A DNA stretch of 64,000 bases from Bacteroidales bacterium (GTDB lineage: Bacteria; Bacteroidota; Bacteroidia; Bacteroidales; JAFGHD01), in NCBI GenBank assembly GCA_016939365.1, contig JAFGHD010000020.1, forward strand, positions 1,758 to 65,757, written 5' to 3'. Under the pieces are notes generated by a model, which was not told the DNA's origin, ran no database searches, and saw only the letters and a program-made list of their open reading frames with translations. The position numbers were made by a program, and so were the translations under genes. This document shows, piece after piece, positions 17,879 through 29,831 of the stretch (within the stretch, counting starts at the first letter, position 1; the number at the start of each line of letters is the position of its first letter).

Positions 17879-20215
17879 TCAATCAAAAGGTCGTTTATTG
17901 AACAGATGATAACCGATATTGATGCTGAAATACGCCGGATCATCTGTTTGATCATACCAGTTCAGCACCATGCTGATCGGGCCGAAGGGTGCATGGTAAA
18001 CCAGTGAGGAGGCTCCGATCAGATACCTCTTGGCAAAATAATCGCCCAGAATGACCTGATCGCCTTCTTTGCGCAGAATCTCATGATAAGGCTGAAAACC
18101 ATATACTTCAAGGCGCAGATCCAGGTTCTTCATCAATTCAACGACACCCTTGAGTCCTGCGGCAAAATAGGTGTGCGCCCTGTATTCCGGGTGAAAGACG
18201 GTCGGACTTTCAGGAAGGGGTTGAAAAGAAGGCGCGGAAAGTAAACTGGCTGTGTAATTACTGAACAGTGCTTGGTTCGTGAAGGTCACCTCTCCGTAAA
18301 AACCCAGCTTAAGAGGGCCGAAAGTGTCGAAGTAATTGTCATATTTGAACCTTAACTCCAGCCATCGGTGTTTTTTGGAAATACCTTCAGTTCTGCCTGA
18401 TGTGGATCCGGGTACATTATTTTCATTTCCCGATACCACCCTGAAAGATGCCCTGAGAAATAGGCCGGATGTGGCATACTGTTTCCTGTTCATGGAATTG
18501 AGCTCAAAAAAAGCACCCCCGGAAGCAAAATCAAAAGTGGTAATATCAGCGGTATCCAGGCGGCTGAACTGATTGCTCTGGTAATACTCATTCTTTTGCC
18601 TGCCGGCATTGAAATTCATACAGAATCTGCCGAAATTGGATACAGGAATGCCGGTATTGACTTTCCAGTAGTTGTCGACCTGAACCAGGTATATCGGCTT
18701 TTCGTCTTCAAAAAAGTAGGTGCTGGTCCGGAAATAATTCCAGAGATTGTATGTATACGCTGCCTCGGCAAAATAGGACAGGCTCCCGGCAATAATGATC
18801 CTTGCATTGATCAGTCCCGAGTTGTAAAACCTCCCGAGATAGGTGTTTCCCGTCAGTGTCAATGAATTTTTTCTCCAGCGGCTGTAATTCAACTGAAAAA
18901 ATATCTCATTGATGGCGCGGGAGGAGACCAGGCCGCCCAGTTCCGCGGTAAGGGGATGCTCCTTATGGAACTGCAGGTAAAGATCATAGCTGCCCTGTTC
19001 ATGAACCAATCTTGGAAAGAGGTAATCGATTTTTTCATCGGTGGCCACTTTGTAGTAATAAGGTTTCATCTGACCAAGCCTGATCCGTGGAAGCACTCCC
19101 GTGTCCAATGAGAGGTTGTGCTTCCAGGCGTCGGGGCGGATCATCCTCCGGACGTAGGAATGTTGCTCGTTGGTCAGACCGGATGTACGGATATCGCTGA
19201 TTTCCGGGGGAGGTATCCGTGAAATGAAAGCTTCCCGTTTGCTATCCACTTCAGCAGAGGTACGTACTGTTGGGACAAGTTCCCTAATGGCAGGTATTGA
19301 CCGCAGGGCGGCGGCATAACCGCTGTCAATAAAAGCCTCTGTTTTTGAGAAGTCGGTAATATTGACCCTTTCCAGATCGGGCTCAATGACGATACCCGAC
19401 CCCGTTTCAATCCGGTATTCGGTATTTTGCATCAGCATGCTCTGTATCTGCGAGATCAGGTCGTCATCTTTCGGTGGGCCATAGTTGGATGCCGCCTTTG
19501 AACCTATGATCACGTCGGGCTGAAAGGCTTCCATCATCACATCTACCGGGAAGTTGTTATACATGCCTCCGTCGAAAAGGAGTTTGCCATTGATCCGGAT
19601 GGGTTTGAATATGAAGGGGAATGTCATCGAAGCACGAACCGCTTCACCCACATCACCCTCTGAGAGCACCAGCGGTTTGTTTTCAGCTATATCTGCCGCC
19701 ACACAGCGGAAAGGAATGAAAAGACTGTCGAAGTTATAGGATGCGGCAGCCGAAGGGCCTGCAAACTGTTCCATAAAAGCAAAGTCAAGCTCATAAGGCG
19801 AAACCAGGTTGGTGGGCAACTTTGTTCTCAATATCGAATCATAGGTGATCTTAAACAGCTTCCATGAAGCGGTCAGTTCAGGCTCCTTGAAGTAGAACTT
19901 ATAGCCCTGTCCGATGCTGCCGCTCATCCAGGTGCTTATTTGACCTGAGACGAACAATGTCTCGATTTGCGTGGGTGAATAACCGCATGCATATAACGCC
20001 CCGATAATCGCTCCCATTGAGGTGCCGACGATAAAATCCACCGGTATGTTATGTTCCTCCAGGGCCTTGATCACCCCGATATGCGACACTCCCCTGGGGC
20101 CGCCGCCACTCAGTACCAGCCCCACCTTCTGCGGCAGAACCAGGCCGGGGACAAGCCACAGCAATAAAAAAACCAATACCCTTCCCGTATATCTTAATCG
20201 TATCATGAGGGGCAT
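17879..20215 (-). CDS. Patatin-like phospholipase with a C-terminal outer-membrane barrel (PlpD-like)
   Basis: Signal peptide, LVLSGGG, GTSMG nucleophile and FDGG, followed by a beta-barrel ending PFGPIS...INIGY. Confidence 0.88.
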   Translation of the reverse strand: MPLMIRLRYTGRVLVFLLLWLVPGLVLPQKVGLVLSGGGPRGVSHIGVIKALEEHNIPVDFIVGTSMGAIIGALYACGYSPTQIETLFVSGQISTWMSGSIGQGYKFYFKEPELTASWKLFKITYDSILRTKLPTNLVSPYELDFAFMEQFAGPSAAASYNFDSLFIPFRCVAADIAENKPLVLSEGDVGEAVRASMTFPFIFKPIRINGKLLFDGGMYNNFPVDVMMEAFQPDVIIGSKAASNYGPPKDDDLISQIQSMLMQNTEYRIETGSGIVIEPDLERVNITDFSKTEAFIDSGYAAALRSIPAIRELVPTVRTSAEVDSKREAFISRIPPPEISDIRTSGLTNEQHSYVRRMIRPDAWKHNLSLDTGVLPRIRLGQMKPYYYKVATDEKIDYLFPRLVHEQGSYDLYLQFHKEHPLTAELGGLVSSRAINEIFFQLNYSRWRKNSLTLTGNTYLGRFYNSGLINARIIIAGSLSYFAEAAYTYNLWNYFRTSTYFFEDEKPIYLVQVDNYWKVNTGIPVSNFGRFCMNFNAGRQKNEYYQSNQFSRLDTADITTFDFASGGAFFELNSMNRKQYATSGLFLRASFRVVSGNENNVPGSTSGRTEGISKKHRWLELRFKYDNYFDTFGPLKLGFYGEVTFTNQALFSNYTASLLSAPSFQPLPESPTVFHPEYRAHTYFAAGLKGVVELMKNLDLRLEVYGFQPYHEILRKEGDQVILGDYFAKRYLIGASSLVYHAPFGPISMVLNWYDQTDDPAYFSINIGYHLFNKRPFD

Positions 20216-20265
20216 GGAATTACCCGGGTTTCAGCAATTCTGCCTCTGTAACCGGAGGAGTTTTA

Positions 20266-21447
20266 TCAAATGTGCGAAAGTGCCTGCTCCAGGTCAGCCA
20301 GAATATCTTCCACATCCTCGATCCCGACCGAAATCCTGACCAGTCCGCCTGTGATGCCGGCCTTGATCCTTTCCGGTTCAGGCACCTTGGAATGTGTCAT
20401 GGAAGCCGGATGCTGGATCAGGGTTTCCACCCCTCCCAGGGATACTGCAAGCAGAGCCAGTTTCACGCCGTTCATCACTTTTTTACCGGCTTCAAGCCCC
20501 CCTTTCAGCTCGAAGCTGATCATGGCACCGGGTCCCTTCATCTGACGGCAAGCCAGGTCATATTGAGGATGGGATCTGAGCCCGGGATACCTCACCCATT
20601 CGACGGCTTCATGACCTTCCAGAAACTCCGCCACCTTCATGGCACTTGTCTGGGCTCTCTCTACCCGGAGACCAAGGGTCTTCAATCCCCTTCTGACCAG
20701 AAATGCCTGGTGCGGATCCATGTTGAATCCCATATTGACCATCACAGTTCTGAGACGCTGGTAGGTCTCCCGGTTACCGGCAACGATCATACCTGCAACG
20801 ACATCGGCATGACCGTTGATGAACTTGGTCATGGAATGTAAAACAATATCGGCGCCCAGGTCCAACGGCTTCTGCAGGTAAGGGCTGCAGAAGGTGTTGT
20901 CTACGCAAACCGGGATACCTCTTTCGTGGGCGATGGCGGATATCGCAGCAATATCGGTCAGCCCGATCGTGGGATTGGCAGGAGTCTCGAGATAGATCAG
21001 CCTGGTGTTGGGTCTGATGGACCGCTTCACATTCTCATGATCAGAGGTATCGAGATAGGTATACTCAACTCCATAGCGGGGATAAAGGGTCTCCATGATA
21101 TTCCTGGAGGGGCCGTAAAGGGCATCATGGCTGAGGATATGGGCACCCGCACCGAGGCAGCCCAGATATACCGTATTCACTGCTGCCATACCGGATGATG
21201 TGGCAATTCCTCCGTATCCGTTTTCCAGTTCGGCCATCGCATTTTCCAGCTCCTGAATCGTTGGATTGCCCAAACGTGTATAAATATAACCCTCTTCCTC
21301 TCCGCTGAAGCATCGCGCTCCATGATCCGCATCCCTGAATTGAAATGTCGAAGTCTGGTAGATGGGGGTTACCGCACTGCCCATCGAATCGGTAACCCCT
21401 CCCGAATGTACCAGTTTGGAATGAAATCCAAGTTCTTTTGTATCCAT
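20266..21447 (-). CDS. PLP-dependent trans-sulfuration enzyme (methionine gamma-lyase / cystathionine lyase family)
   Basis: PIYQTSTF, YTRLGNPT, SSGMAA, ETPANP, DNTF, HSMTKF (PLP Lys), SLGGVETL and HPASMTH motifs. Confidence 0.9.
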   Translation of the reverse strand: MDTKELGFHSKLVHSGGVTDSMGSAVTPIYQTSTFQFRDADHGARCFSGEEEGYIYTRLGNPTIQELENAMAELENGYGGIATSSGMAAVNTVYLGCLGAGAHILSHDALYGPSRNIMETLYPRYGVEYTYLDTSDHENVKRSIRPNTRLIYLETPANPTIGLTDIAAISAIAHERGIPVCVDNTFCSPYLQKPLDLGADIVLHSMTKFINGHADVVAGMIVAGNRETYQRLRTVMVNMGFNMDPHQAFLVRRGLKTLGLRVERAQTSAMKVAEFLEGHEAVEWVRYPGLRSHPQYDLACRQMKGPGAMISFELKGGLEAGKKVMNGVKLALLAVSLGGVETLIQHPASMTHSKVPEPERIKAGITGGLVRISVGIEDVEDILADLEQALSHI

Positions 21448-21476
21448 GATTGTTGATCTAAAGTTAATACTGCGGG

Positions 21477-21484
21477 CAAAGGTA
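21477..21484 (-). promoter_or_regulatory. -7 promoter box for the PLP-lyase gene
   Basis: TACCTTTG on the minus strand, 30 nt upstream of the ATG. Confidence 0.6.
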
Positions 21485-21696
21485 TTCAGATAAATCAGAT
21501 ACTAAAAGCCTTTGCGGGGTGTTTTATCTCCAAATGTCGGAGAAAGTACCTTAAAATACTATTTTTGCAGGCGTCTTGGGTTTGACCGTCCGAAATGAAT
21601 AATCTCCGGCCAAAAAAGATTATTCTTAACAACAACCTGTTAATAAATCCGTTGATTTTCTGACAGATCGGTTGCTGTTCAACCCAGCGAAATGAG

Positions 21697-21704
21697 TAAA
21701 TTTG
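21697..21704 (+). promoter_or_regulatory. -7 promoter box for gyrB
   Basis: TAAATTTG about 33 nt upstream of the ATG. Confidence 0.6.
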
Positions 21705-21730
21705 TAGGAAAAGGAGAGAAGAATAACTGA

Positions 21731-23701
<1,971 letters not shown>

Positions 23702-23836
23702 TTTCCTGTTATCCCGGTGATCCTGCATATGAAACAGATCTCCGGTTTTTAGCATTTGCATGATGTTAACCGGCATTATTTAAGGAATTTAACAGTTTTT
23801 AACGCCGGTCAACGACATCAATCTCTTAAAAGAAAG

Positions 23837-23844
23837 TAACTTTG
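23837..23844 (+). promoter_or_regulatory. -7 promoter box for prc
   Basis: TAACTTTG, implying a 5' leader of about 110 nt. Confidence 0.65.
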
Positions 23845-23961
23845 CACATTGCTTCAACGGGACAGGAACACAATAACCGGGTGATTTTGCGGTTTACACA
23901 TCGCTGACACGGAAATCATTCGCATAATACCGGCCTGTCTTCCTGCTGTAAATGATCCAAT

Positions 23962-26103
23962 ATGAAAATCCGATCTGTTCAATGGCTTATCATCCCGGTC
24001 GTATTAGCTCTGCTGAGCATCATCGTCCTTGCCCACCGGGGAAATATAAAGGAGGAACGAAAGGAGATCCTTGCCAAGGTCTCGTTGTTCGCGATCAACA
24101 GCGGCCACTATAATCCCGGTAATATCGATGATTCGTTTTCCGGAAAGGCTTTCAACCTCTATATGGAAAGGCTGGACTATGGGAAAAAATTTCTGCTCGC
24201 CGGTGATGTCGAAGCGATGAGACCCTATGAAAATCAGATGGATGATGCCTTCAGAACAGCCGATTTCAGCTTTTTTGACCTCACATCTTCACTGATCCGG
24301 GACAGAATCGGTGAGGTTGAAGAATACTTCACTGAAATTCTTGGTAAACCCTTTGATTACAACCGGCAGGAAACATTTGAAATTGATCCTGAGAAAACGG
24401 ATTGGGCCGTTGACCGCGAAGAGTTGAGGGAACGCTGGCGCCAGTCGCTGAAATATGAAACGATCAGCCGGATATATGATAAACTGCAGGAGCAGGAACA
24501 GGCGGCAGAGAAAAGCGACACCGTTACTGTGCTCACATTTGCTGAAATCGAAGCAAAAAGCAGGGAGGAACTGCTGAAAAGGTATGAAGACTGGTTTCAC
24601 AGGCTCTCGAAACAGAACGATGACGACTGGCTGAATCTCTACATGAATTCCTTACTTAATGTTTTTGATCCCCATACGGTCTACTTCCCCCCCAAGGACA
24701 AGGAAAACTTCGATATTCGTTTCAGCGGACAGCTTGAAGGTATCGGGGCCCAGCTGATACAGAAAAATGCATACATCGAGGTCAGCCGGATTGTACCCGG
24801 CAGTCCTTCCTGGAAACAGGGCGAGCTCGAGGTCGGCGATTTCATTCTGAAGGTCGCACAGGGGGATGCAGAACCTGTTGATGTGGTCGATATGAGACTG
24901 GATGATGCCGTTCAGCTCATCAGGGGACCGAAAGGAACAGAGGTCAGCCTGACCATCAAAAAGCTTGACGGCACCATCCGCGAGATATCCATCATCAGGG
25001 ATGTGGTCATCCTTGAAGAAACATATGCAAGGAGCACGATCATCGGGATGCCCGGCCAAAGCCTGAGCATCGGATACATCAAGCTTCCTTCGTTTTACGA
25101 AGATTTTGAAAACAAACAGGGAAGAAGCTGCTACACCGATGTCAGGAATGAGCTTGAAAAGCTCCGAAAGGAAGGTATTGACGGCCTGATCTTCGATCTT
25201 CGTGACAATGGGGGCGGATCCCTCGAGGATGTGGTGAAGATCGTAGGACTCTTCATTGAACAGGGTCCTGTCGTCCAGGTTCGGGGAAAGGGCGGTTTCA
25301 ACAGGATTCTGGCTGACACCGATCCTTCCATTATTTACAAAGGACCTCTTGTTGTAATGGTTAACGCTGTAAGCGCCTCAGCTTCAGAGATCTTTGCAGC
25401 AGCCATCCAGGACTACCGGCGGGGGATCATTATCGGCGGCACTAAAACCTTCGGAAAAGGTACAGTCCAGAATTTCTCCGACCTGGACAGAATGGTGAAC
25501 AACAAACCGGAAGGGATGGATGACCTGGGCTCACTGAAGCTGACCGTTCAGAAATTCTACAGGATCAATGGCGGGGCGACACAGCTCAATGGGGTGTCGC
25601 CGGATATGGTCATCCCGGATTATTATAATTATATTGACTACGGAGAACGCGACCTCGATTATGCCATGGAGTGGGACGAAATCGCATCTCTGAACTTTAG
25701 TCCCTGGAATCCTCCATACGACCTCGAATTTATCCTTAAGATCAGTGAAACCCGGATCAGCGGGGATACTCTTTTTGAGCTGATTGACGAGAACGGAAGA
25801 AGGCTGAAGCACATCCGGAATGAGACGCAGGTCCCCCTCGAATATGATGCCTATGACCACCTGATGACCACACGCGAGCAGGAATCAAAGCGGATGGACC
25901 GGATCGGCAAGGATTCTCTGGGATTGCAGATCAGACCCCTGGCTGCCGATCTTCCTGAGATCAATGCGGATACCTCCAGGAGAGCCAGAATCGATGCGTG
26001 GCTTGGTACACTTCATAAAGATATCTACCTGAAAGAAGCATTCCACATCATGAGAGACGTCAACGAATCCCTGATGAAGAATGCCCGTAAGGAAGACCAA
26101 TGA
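23962..26103 (+). CDS. prc: Carboxy-terminal processing protease (S41A, Prc/Tsp)
   Basis: DPHT, GIGA-PDZ, DLRDNGGG, SASASEI (catalytic Ser), FGKGTVQ (catalytic Lys) and KFYRINGGATQ motifs. Confidence 0.93.
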   Translation: MKIRSVQWLIIPVVLALLSIIVLAHRGNIKEERKEILAKVSLFAINSGHYNPGNIDDSFSGKAFNLYMERLDYGKKFLLAGDVEAMRPYENQMDDAFRTADFSFFDLTSSLIRDRIGEVEEYFTEILGKPFDYNRQETFEIDPEKTDWAVDREELRERWRQSLKYETISRIYDKLQEQEQAAEKSDTVTVLTFAEIEAKSREELLKRYEDWFHRLSKQNDDDWLNLYMNSLLNVFDPHTVYFPPKDKENFDIRFSGQLEGIGAQLIQKNAYIEVSRIVPGSPSWKQGELEVGDFILKVAQGDAEPVDVVDMRLDDAVQLIRGPKGTEVSLTIKKLDGTIREISIIRDVVILEETYARSTIIGMPGQSLSIGYIKLPSFYEDFENKQGRSCYTDVRNELEKLRKEGIDGLIFDLRDNGGGSLEDVVKIVGLFIEQGPVVQVRGKGGFNRILADTDPSIIYKGPLVVMVNAVSASASEIFAAAIQDYRRGIIIGGTKTFGKGTVQNFSDLDRMVNNKPEGMDDLGSLKLTVQKFYRINGGATQLNGVSPDMVIPDYYNYIDYGERDLDYAMEWDEIASLNFSPWNPPYDLEFILKISETRISGDTLFELIDENGRRLKHIRNETQVPLEYDAYDHLMTTREQESKRMDRIGKDSLGLQIRPLAADLPEINADTSRRARIDAWLGTLHKDIYLKEAFHIMRDVNESLMKNARKEDQ

Positions 26104-26151
26104 GCCTGCAAATTTGAACTCTACTGCCGGCCGGCCTTCTGCTTCCGGTTA

Positions 26152-29100
26152 TTACACAATGGTATCCCTCTCCGGTAGCCTTCCGGAGACACCTCCACCG
26201 TATTTCAAATGATTGATAAAGGCCCACAGAGCTGTGATACCTATTATGGCAAGGGTATAATAAACGAATGACGGGATGGGAACAGGATCACCCTTGGCGT
26301 AGGAATGGAGCCCGGATAGATAATAATTCACTCCGAAATAAGTCATCAGGACAGAGCTGTATGCGATCAAACCGGCAAAGCTCAATGCGAAATTCCCCCT
26401 GAACCCGGGGATATAACGCATATGCATTATGAACGCATAAACCAGGACCGTGACGAGAGCCCATGTTTCCTTGGGATCCCAGCCCCAGTATCGGCCCCAC
26501 GATTCATTGGCCCAGACCCCTCCGAGGAAAGTCCCCACAGTCAGCATGAACAATCCGACCATAAGCGTCATTTCGATGACCAGCACCAGCTCATGTATGG
26601 TCAGATTCATCCTCTGATGGTTGGAATGGGTGCGGAACAACATCAGTACCAGATTGAAGAAACCCAGCAGTGCACCCAATCCCAGAAAACCGTAACTGGC
26701 TGTAATGACGGCCACATGGATGATCAGCCAGTATGACTTCAGTACGGGAACCAGGTTGGTGATTTCAGGATCCATCCAGCTCATTCCGGCAACTGAAAGG
26801 ATCAGTGATCCAAGCAACGATACCAGAGAGAGTGTGATCCCCGACCTGCCGGCAAACAGCAAGCCCGCCAGAACGGTCGCCCATCCGATATAAATCATGG
26901 ACTCATAACCGTTACTCCATGGTGCATGGCCGGATATGTACCACCTGAACCCAAGCCCGGCAGTATGGATGGTAAAAAGCAATATCACCAGAAACATGGC
27001 AATCCGGATAACCGGTCTCAGATTGACGGCAGGTCTGAGGAGTCCGATAAAACTCAATATCAGCATGACGAACCCTATCAGTCCATAAAAGCCTGCCAGC
27101 CGTCCGAAAACATTGGCGCTGTTATAGAAGACCTCAAACTTTTGCCTGGCAGCAGGCGGAATGATCTCCTGCCCGTATTTTTCCTGAAAACTCCTGATAT
27201 AATCAAGATATTCCCCGGCCCGTGTCCAATCATTGTTTCTTTTCGCATTCCCAACAGCCTCCAGGTACAACGACAGCATGCCACCGACAAACAAGGCCTC
27301 CTCATCCCCGAACATCTCTCCTGCCTTTCCGGGATTCACCCATTTGTTTTCAGGGTCATCAGGAACCGGAAACAGGTTCATGAAATCCCCGGTATAAACC
27401 ATATAACAGATATTGACCCTTTCGTCCACGGCAATGACATCCTTGTCAAGTTTGGATCTTCTGGCAGGCTGCCTCTTGTAAGCCTCATCGACCAGGCTGC
27501 TGATGGCATATCCTCCCGGATGGTTTACGTTCACCAGGTCGTTAAATGAAGCATATTTCCCTTCAATGCCCAGCATCTGTTTCAGTTCTGGGTGAGAGAT
27601 CCTGATCATGGGTATTTGCTGCCAGCGGACCGGATCAGACATCATCCCCAGCATCACCTGTTCCGGTATCAGGTCATTGAAACTGTTTTTCCGGGATACT
27701 TTCCGGAGCACTTCAGAGGCCAGGGTTCCAACGGGCTTCACCCTTCCGTCACGATCCTGAAGGAGTAACCTGCCGAATTGCCGCGCATGGTTCCGGTCGA
27801 CCTCCGTCACAGAGATGGTATCTGAAGCCAGAACCTTGCCGGGCAAACCGGCCAGAACAAAAAACAGGGGAAGTAATGCCGTAATCCCTGTTCTTCTGAG
27901 CCTTCTCAGTCTCCCTGAAGTCTTCAGGAGAAAGCTGAAACGGCTTTCGCGCGAGAACAGTGCTGCGATCATTCCCATGGTCATCAGGAAATAACCCAGA
28001 TAGCTTACCACCGTACCCGGCATATCATGGTTCACCGACAGGATCGTTCCCTTTTCATCCTGGTCGTAAGATGACTGATAGAAACGGTATCCCTTATAGT
28101 TCAGGACGTTGTTCATAAATATCCTGAAAGGGAAGCTTCTGTCATCCACTGGATCGTAAACGGTCACTTCACTGGAAAATGAAGAAGGGCTGCTTGATCC
28201 GGGGTAGCGTTCCAGGATGAAATCATTCAAATGAAGAGAGAACGGCAAAGCGATAGGTTTGGCCCCATAACCGACTGACACCTGGAAACCATTAATTTCA
28301 TTTTCAACAGGATGCGTCAGGTATCCTTTTCCACCTGCCACGAAAATATCCCTTTCTTCCTGGTCAACGCGCACCCTGCAAACCAGCACATCCAAATAAT
28401 TACGGTAATCATCTCCTGAAGCCACATAATCGATCCTTCCCTTAGGAAGATAGTCTTTAAGCACAAAATCCAAATCCTTCAGGGAATACAGATATCTCAC
28501 CTGAAATGGGTATACCGAATCAGGAATGAACTGATTCTTCATTCCGGTGTGCATACCTGAGAACTCCACTGTATCGGAAGCCTGAAGATATAAACCGGAT
28601 CCGTTTCTTGTGATACGGACAGCTTCATTCCCATCCGGCAGACCGAATGAAAAAGCAATCCCTGAATATTTTTTGACATCTCCTTCCTTTAAAATGAAAT
28701 CCTTCCTGCCTTCCGGCCCTCCGGAAACCACAAGGACTGCCAGAGGAATCCCATCCGGATCCATGACGGCCCTTTCACTTGCGGAGGGAACGAATCTTAC
28801 CGGCTCCACGGAGACTTCATGATCCCCAAACTGCAACTTTTCGCGAAACCTTGGTGATGTCAGTGACGAAAACATCACCGGGCGTTCCCTCGTAATGGTG
28901 CTGTCATTTTTTGACACGCTGATGCTCAAATAGGTCCGGTCAGATATGATATAGGCTTCTGATTCCCCTTCGCGGATTCGCATCATTCCCTCAAAACCAG
29001 TAAACCGGCTAACCGCGGCACCACCCAGGATCAAAAGAAAGGCAACATGAAACAACAGCACAGTCCATTTTTCGCGACGAACCATTCTATGTCTGAAAAT

Positions 29101-29292
29101 ACTACCTGCCAGGTTGATTGCCAGCAATAGCAGCAAAAACTCAAACCACCTCGCGTTGTAAACCCTGGCCCGGGCAGCCTGCGTCCCGAAATCATTCTCG
29201 ATGAAAGTGGCCACAGCGATCACTACGGCAAAAAGGATCAGCAGTAATCCTGTCATCTGAAGGGAAAACAGCCATTGCAGTATCTTCCTCAT
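26152..29292 (-). CDS. ccsA: Fused cytochrome c biogenesis protein CcsBA (System II)
   Basis: N-terminal ResB/CcsB region (ATFIE, LFHVAF, MNNVL...YRFYQSSY). C-terminal CcsA with HAPWSNGYE, WLIIHV, WANESWGRYWGWDPKETW and GLHSYA. Confidence 0.95.
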   Translation of the reverse strand: MRKILQWLFSLQMTGLLLILFAVVIAVATFIENDFGTQAARARVYNARWFEFLLLLLAINLAGSIFRHRMVRREKWTVLLFHVAFLLILGGAAVSRFTGFEGMMRIREGESEAYIISDRTYLSISVSKNDSTITRERPVMFSSLTSPRFREKLQFGDHEVSVEPVRFVPSASERAVMDPDGIPLAVLVVSGGPEGRKDFILKEGDVKKYSGIAFSFGLPDGNEAVRITRNGSGLYLQASDTVEFSGMHTGMKNQFIPDSVYPFQVRYLYSLKDLDFVLKDYLPKGRIDYVASGDDYRNYLDVLVCRVRVDQEERDIFVAGGKGYLTHPVENEINGFQVSVGYGAKPIALPFSLHLNDFILERYPGSSSPSSFSSEVTVYDPVDDRSFPFRIFMNNVLNYKGYRFYQSSYDQDEKGTILSVNHDMPGTVVSYLGYFLMTMGMIAALFSRESRFSFLLKTSGRLRRLRRTGITALLPLFFVLAGLPGKVLASDTISVTEVDRNHARQFGRLLLQDRDGRVKPVGTLASEVLRKVSRKNSFNDLIPEQVMLGMMSDPVRWQQIPMIRISHPELKQMLGIEGKYASFNDLVNVNHPGGYAISSLVDEAYKRQPARRSKLDKDVIAVDERVNICYMVYTGDFMNLFPVPDDPENKWVNPGKAGEMFGDEEALFVGGMLSLYLEAVGNAKRNNDWTRAGEYLDYIRSFQEKYGQEIIPPAARQKFEVFYNSANVFGRLAGFYGLIGFVMLILSFIGLLRPAVNLRPVIRIAMFLVILLFTIHTAGLGFRWYISGHAPWSNGYESMIYIGWATVLAGLLFAGRSGITLSLVSLLGSLILSVAGMSWMDPEITNLVPVLKSYWLIIHVAVITASYGFLGLGALLGFFNLVLMLFRTHSNHQRMNLTIHELVLVIEMTLMVGLFMLTVGTFLGGVWANESWGRYWGWDPKETWALVTVLVYAFIMHMRYIPGFRGNFALSFAGLIAYSSVLMTYFGVNYYLSGLHSYAKGDPVPIPSFVYYTLAIIGITALWAFINHLKYGGGVSGRLPERDTIV

Positions 29293-29477
29293 GCTATTTC
29301 AGAATTTAGTATCGCAAATGCAAAAATAGGCTATTAAATCACTCTCCCGGTTCACGGCAATCGGCGGACTGCTATTGGGTTGACCAGGCTTGAATTTTTA
29401 AACTTTCCAGTGATGCATTTCATTATTATCATAGAAAGTATTAATTTTGGTTTGCAACAATTCAAATCTCCCACGGT

Positions 29478-29687
29478 ATGAAATTTTCTCAGATTTGCAA
29501 AATTGCCGGTTTAATATCTGGCATCATTGCCGTTTTGTTGATGATTGGCGGCTTGATAGGTCTCTTTTCGGGTGAATTCCTCAGTGTCAGGCGATACTCG
29601 AATTTTTTCTGGTTTGCCAATACCTTTCTTTTCCTGGGAATATTCTTCCTGCTGATCTGGCTGGGAGATAAGGAAAAGAGCGCCTGA
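29478..29687 (+). CDS. Small two-TM hypothetical membrane protein
   Basis: 69 aa with two hydrophobic segments, preceded by TAATTTTG at 29442-29449. Confidence 0.7.
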   Translation: MKFSQICKIAGLISGIIAVLLMIGGLIGLFSGEFLSVRRYSNFFWFANTFLFLGIFFLLIWLGDKEKSA

Positions 29688-29831
29688 CATCCCTCCTTGG
29701 GGGTATTGTGGTTTTATCGCACTCCTTCTTTCCCCGGAAAGGATTATCAAAGTAATGCCATGAGGTTGGATATAGGTCGTTTTTAGCTCCCACAGATTTG
29801 CCTTGCACGGGATCATTTTTCGGGATCCTTT

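Noticed and set aside
17710-17955. 81-aa minus-strand ORF
   Set aside because: Overlaps the end of the patatin gene and has no motifs. The region is better explained as a spacer before the DUF349 promoter.
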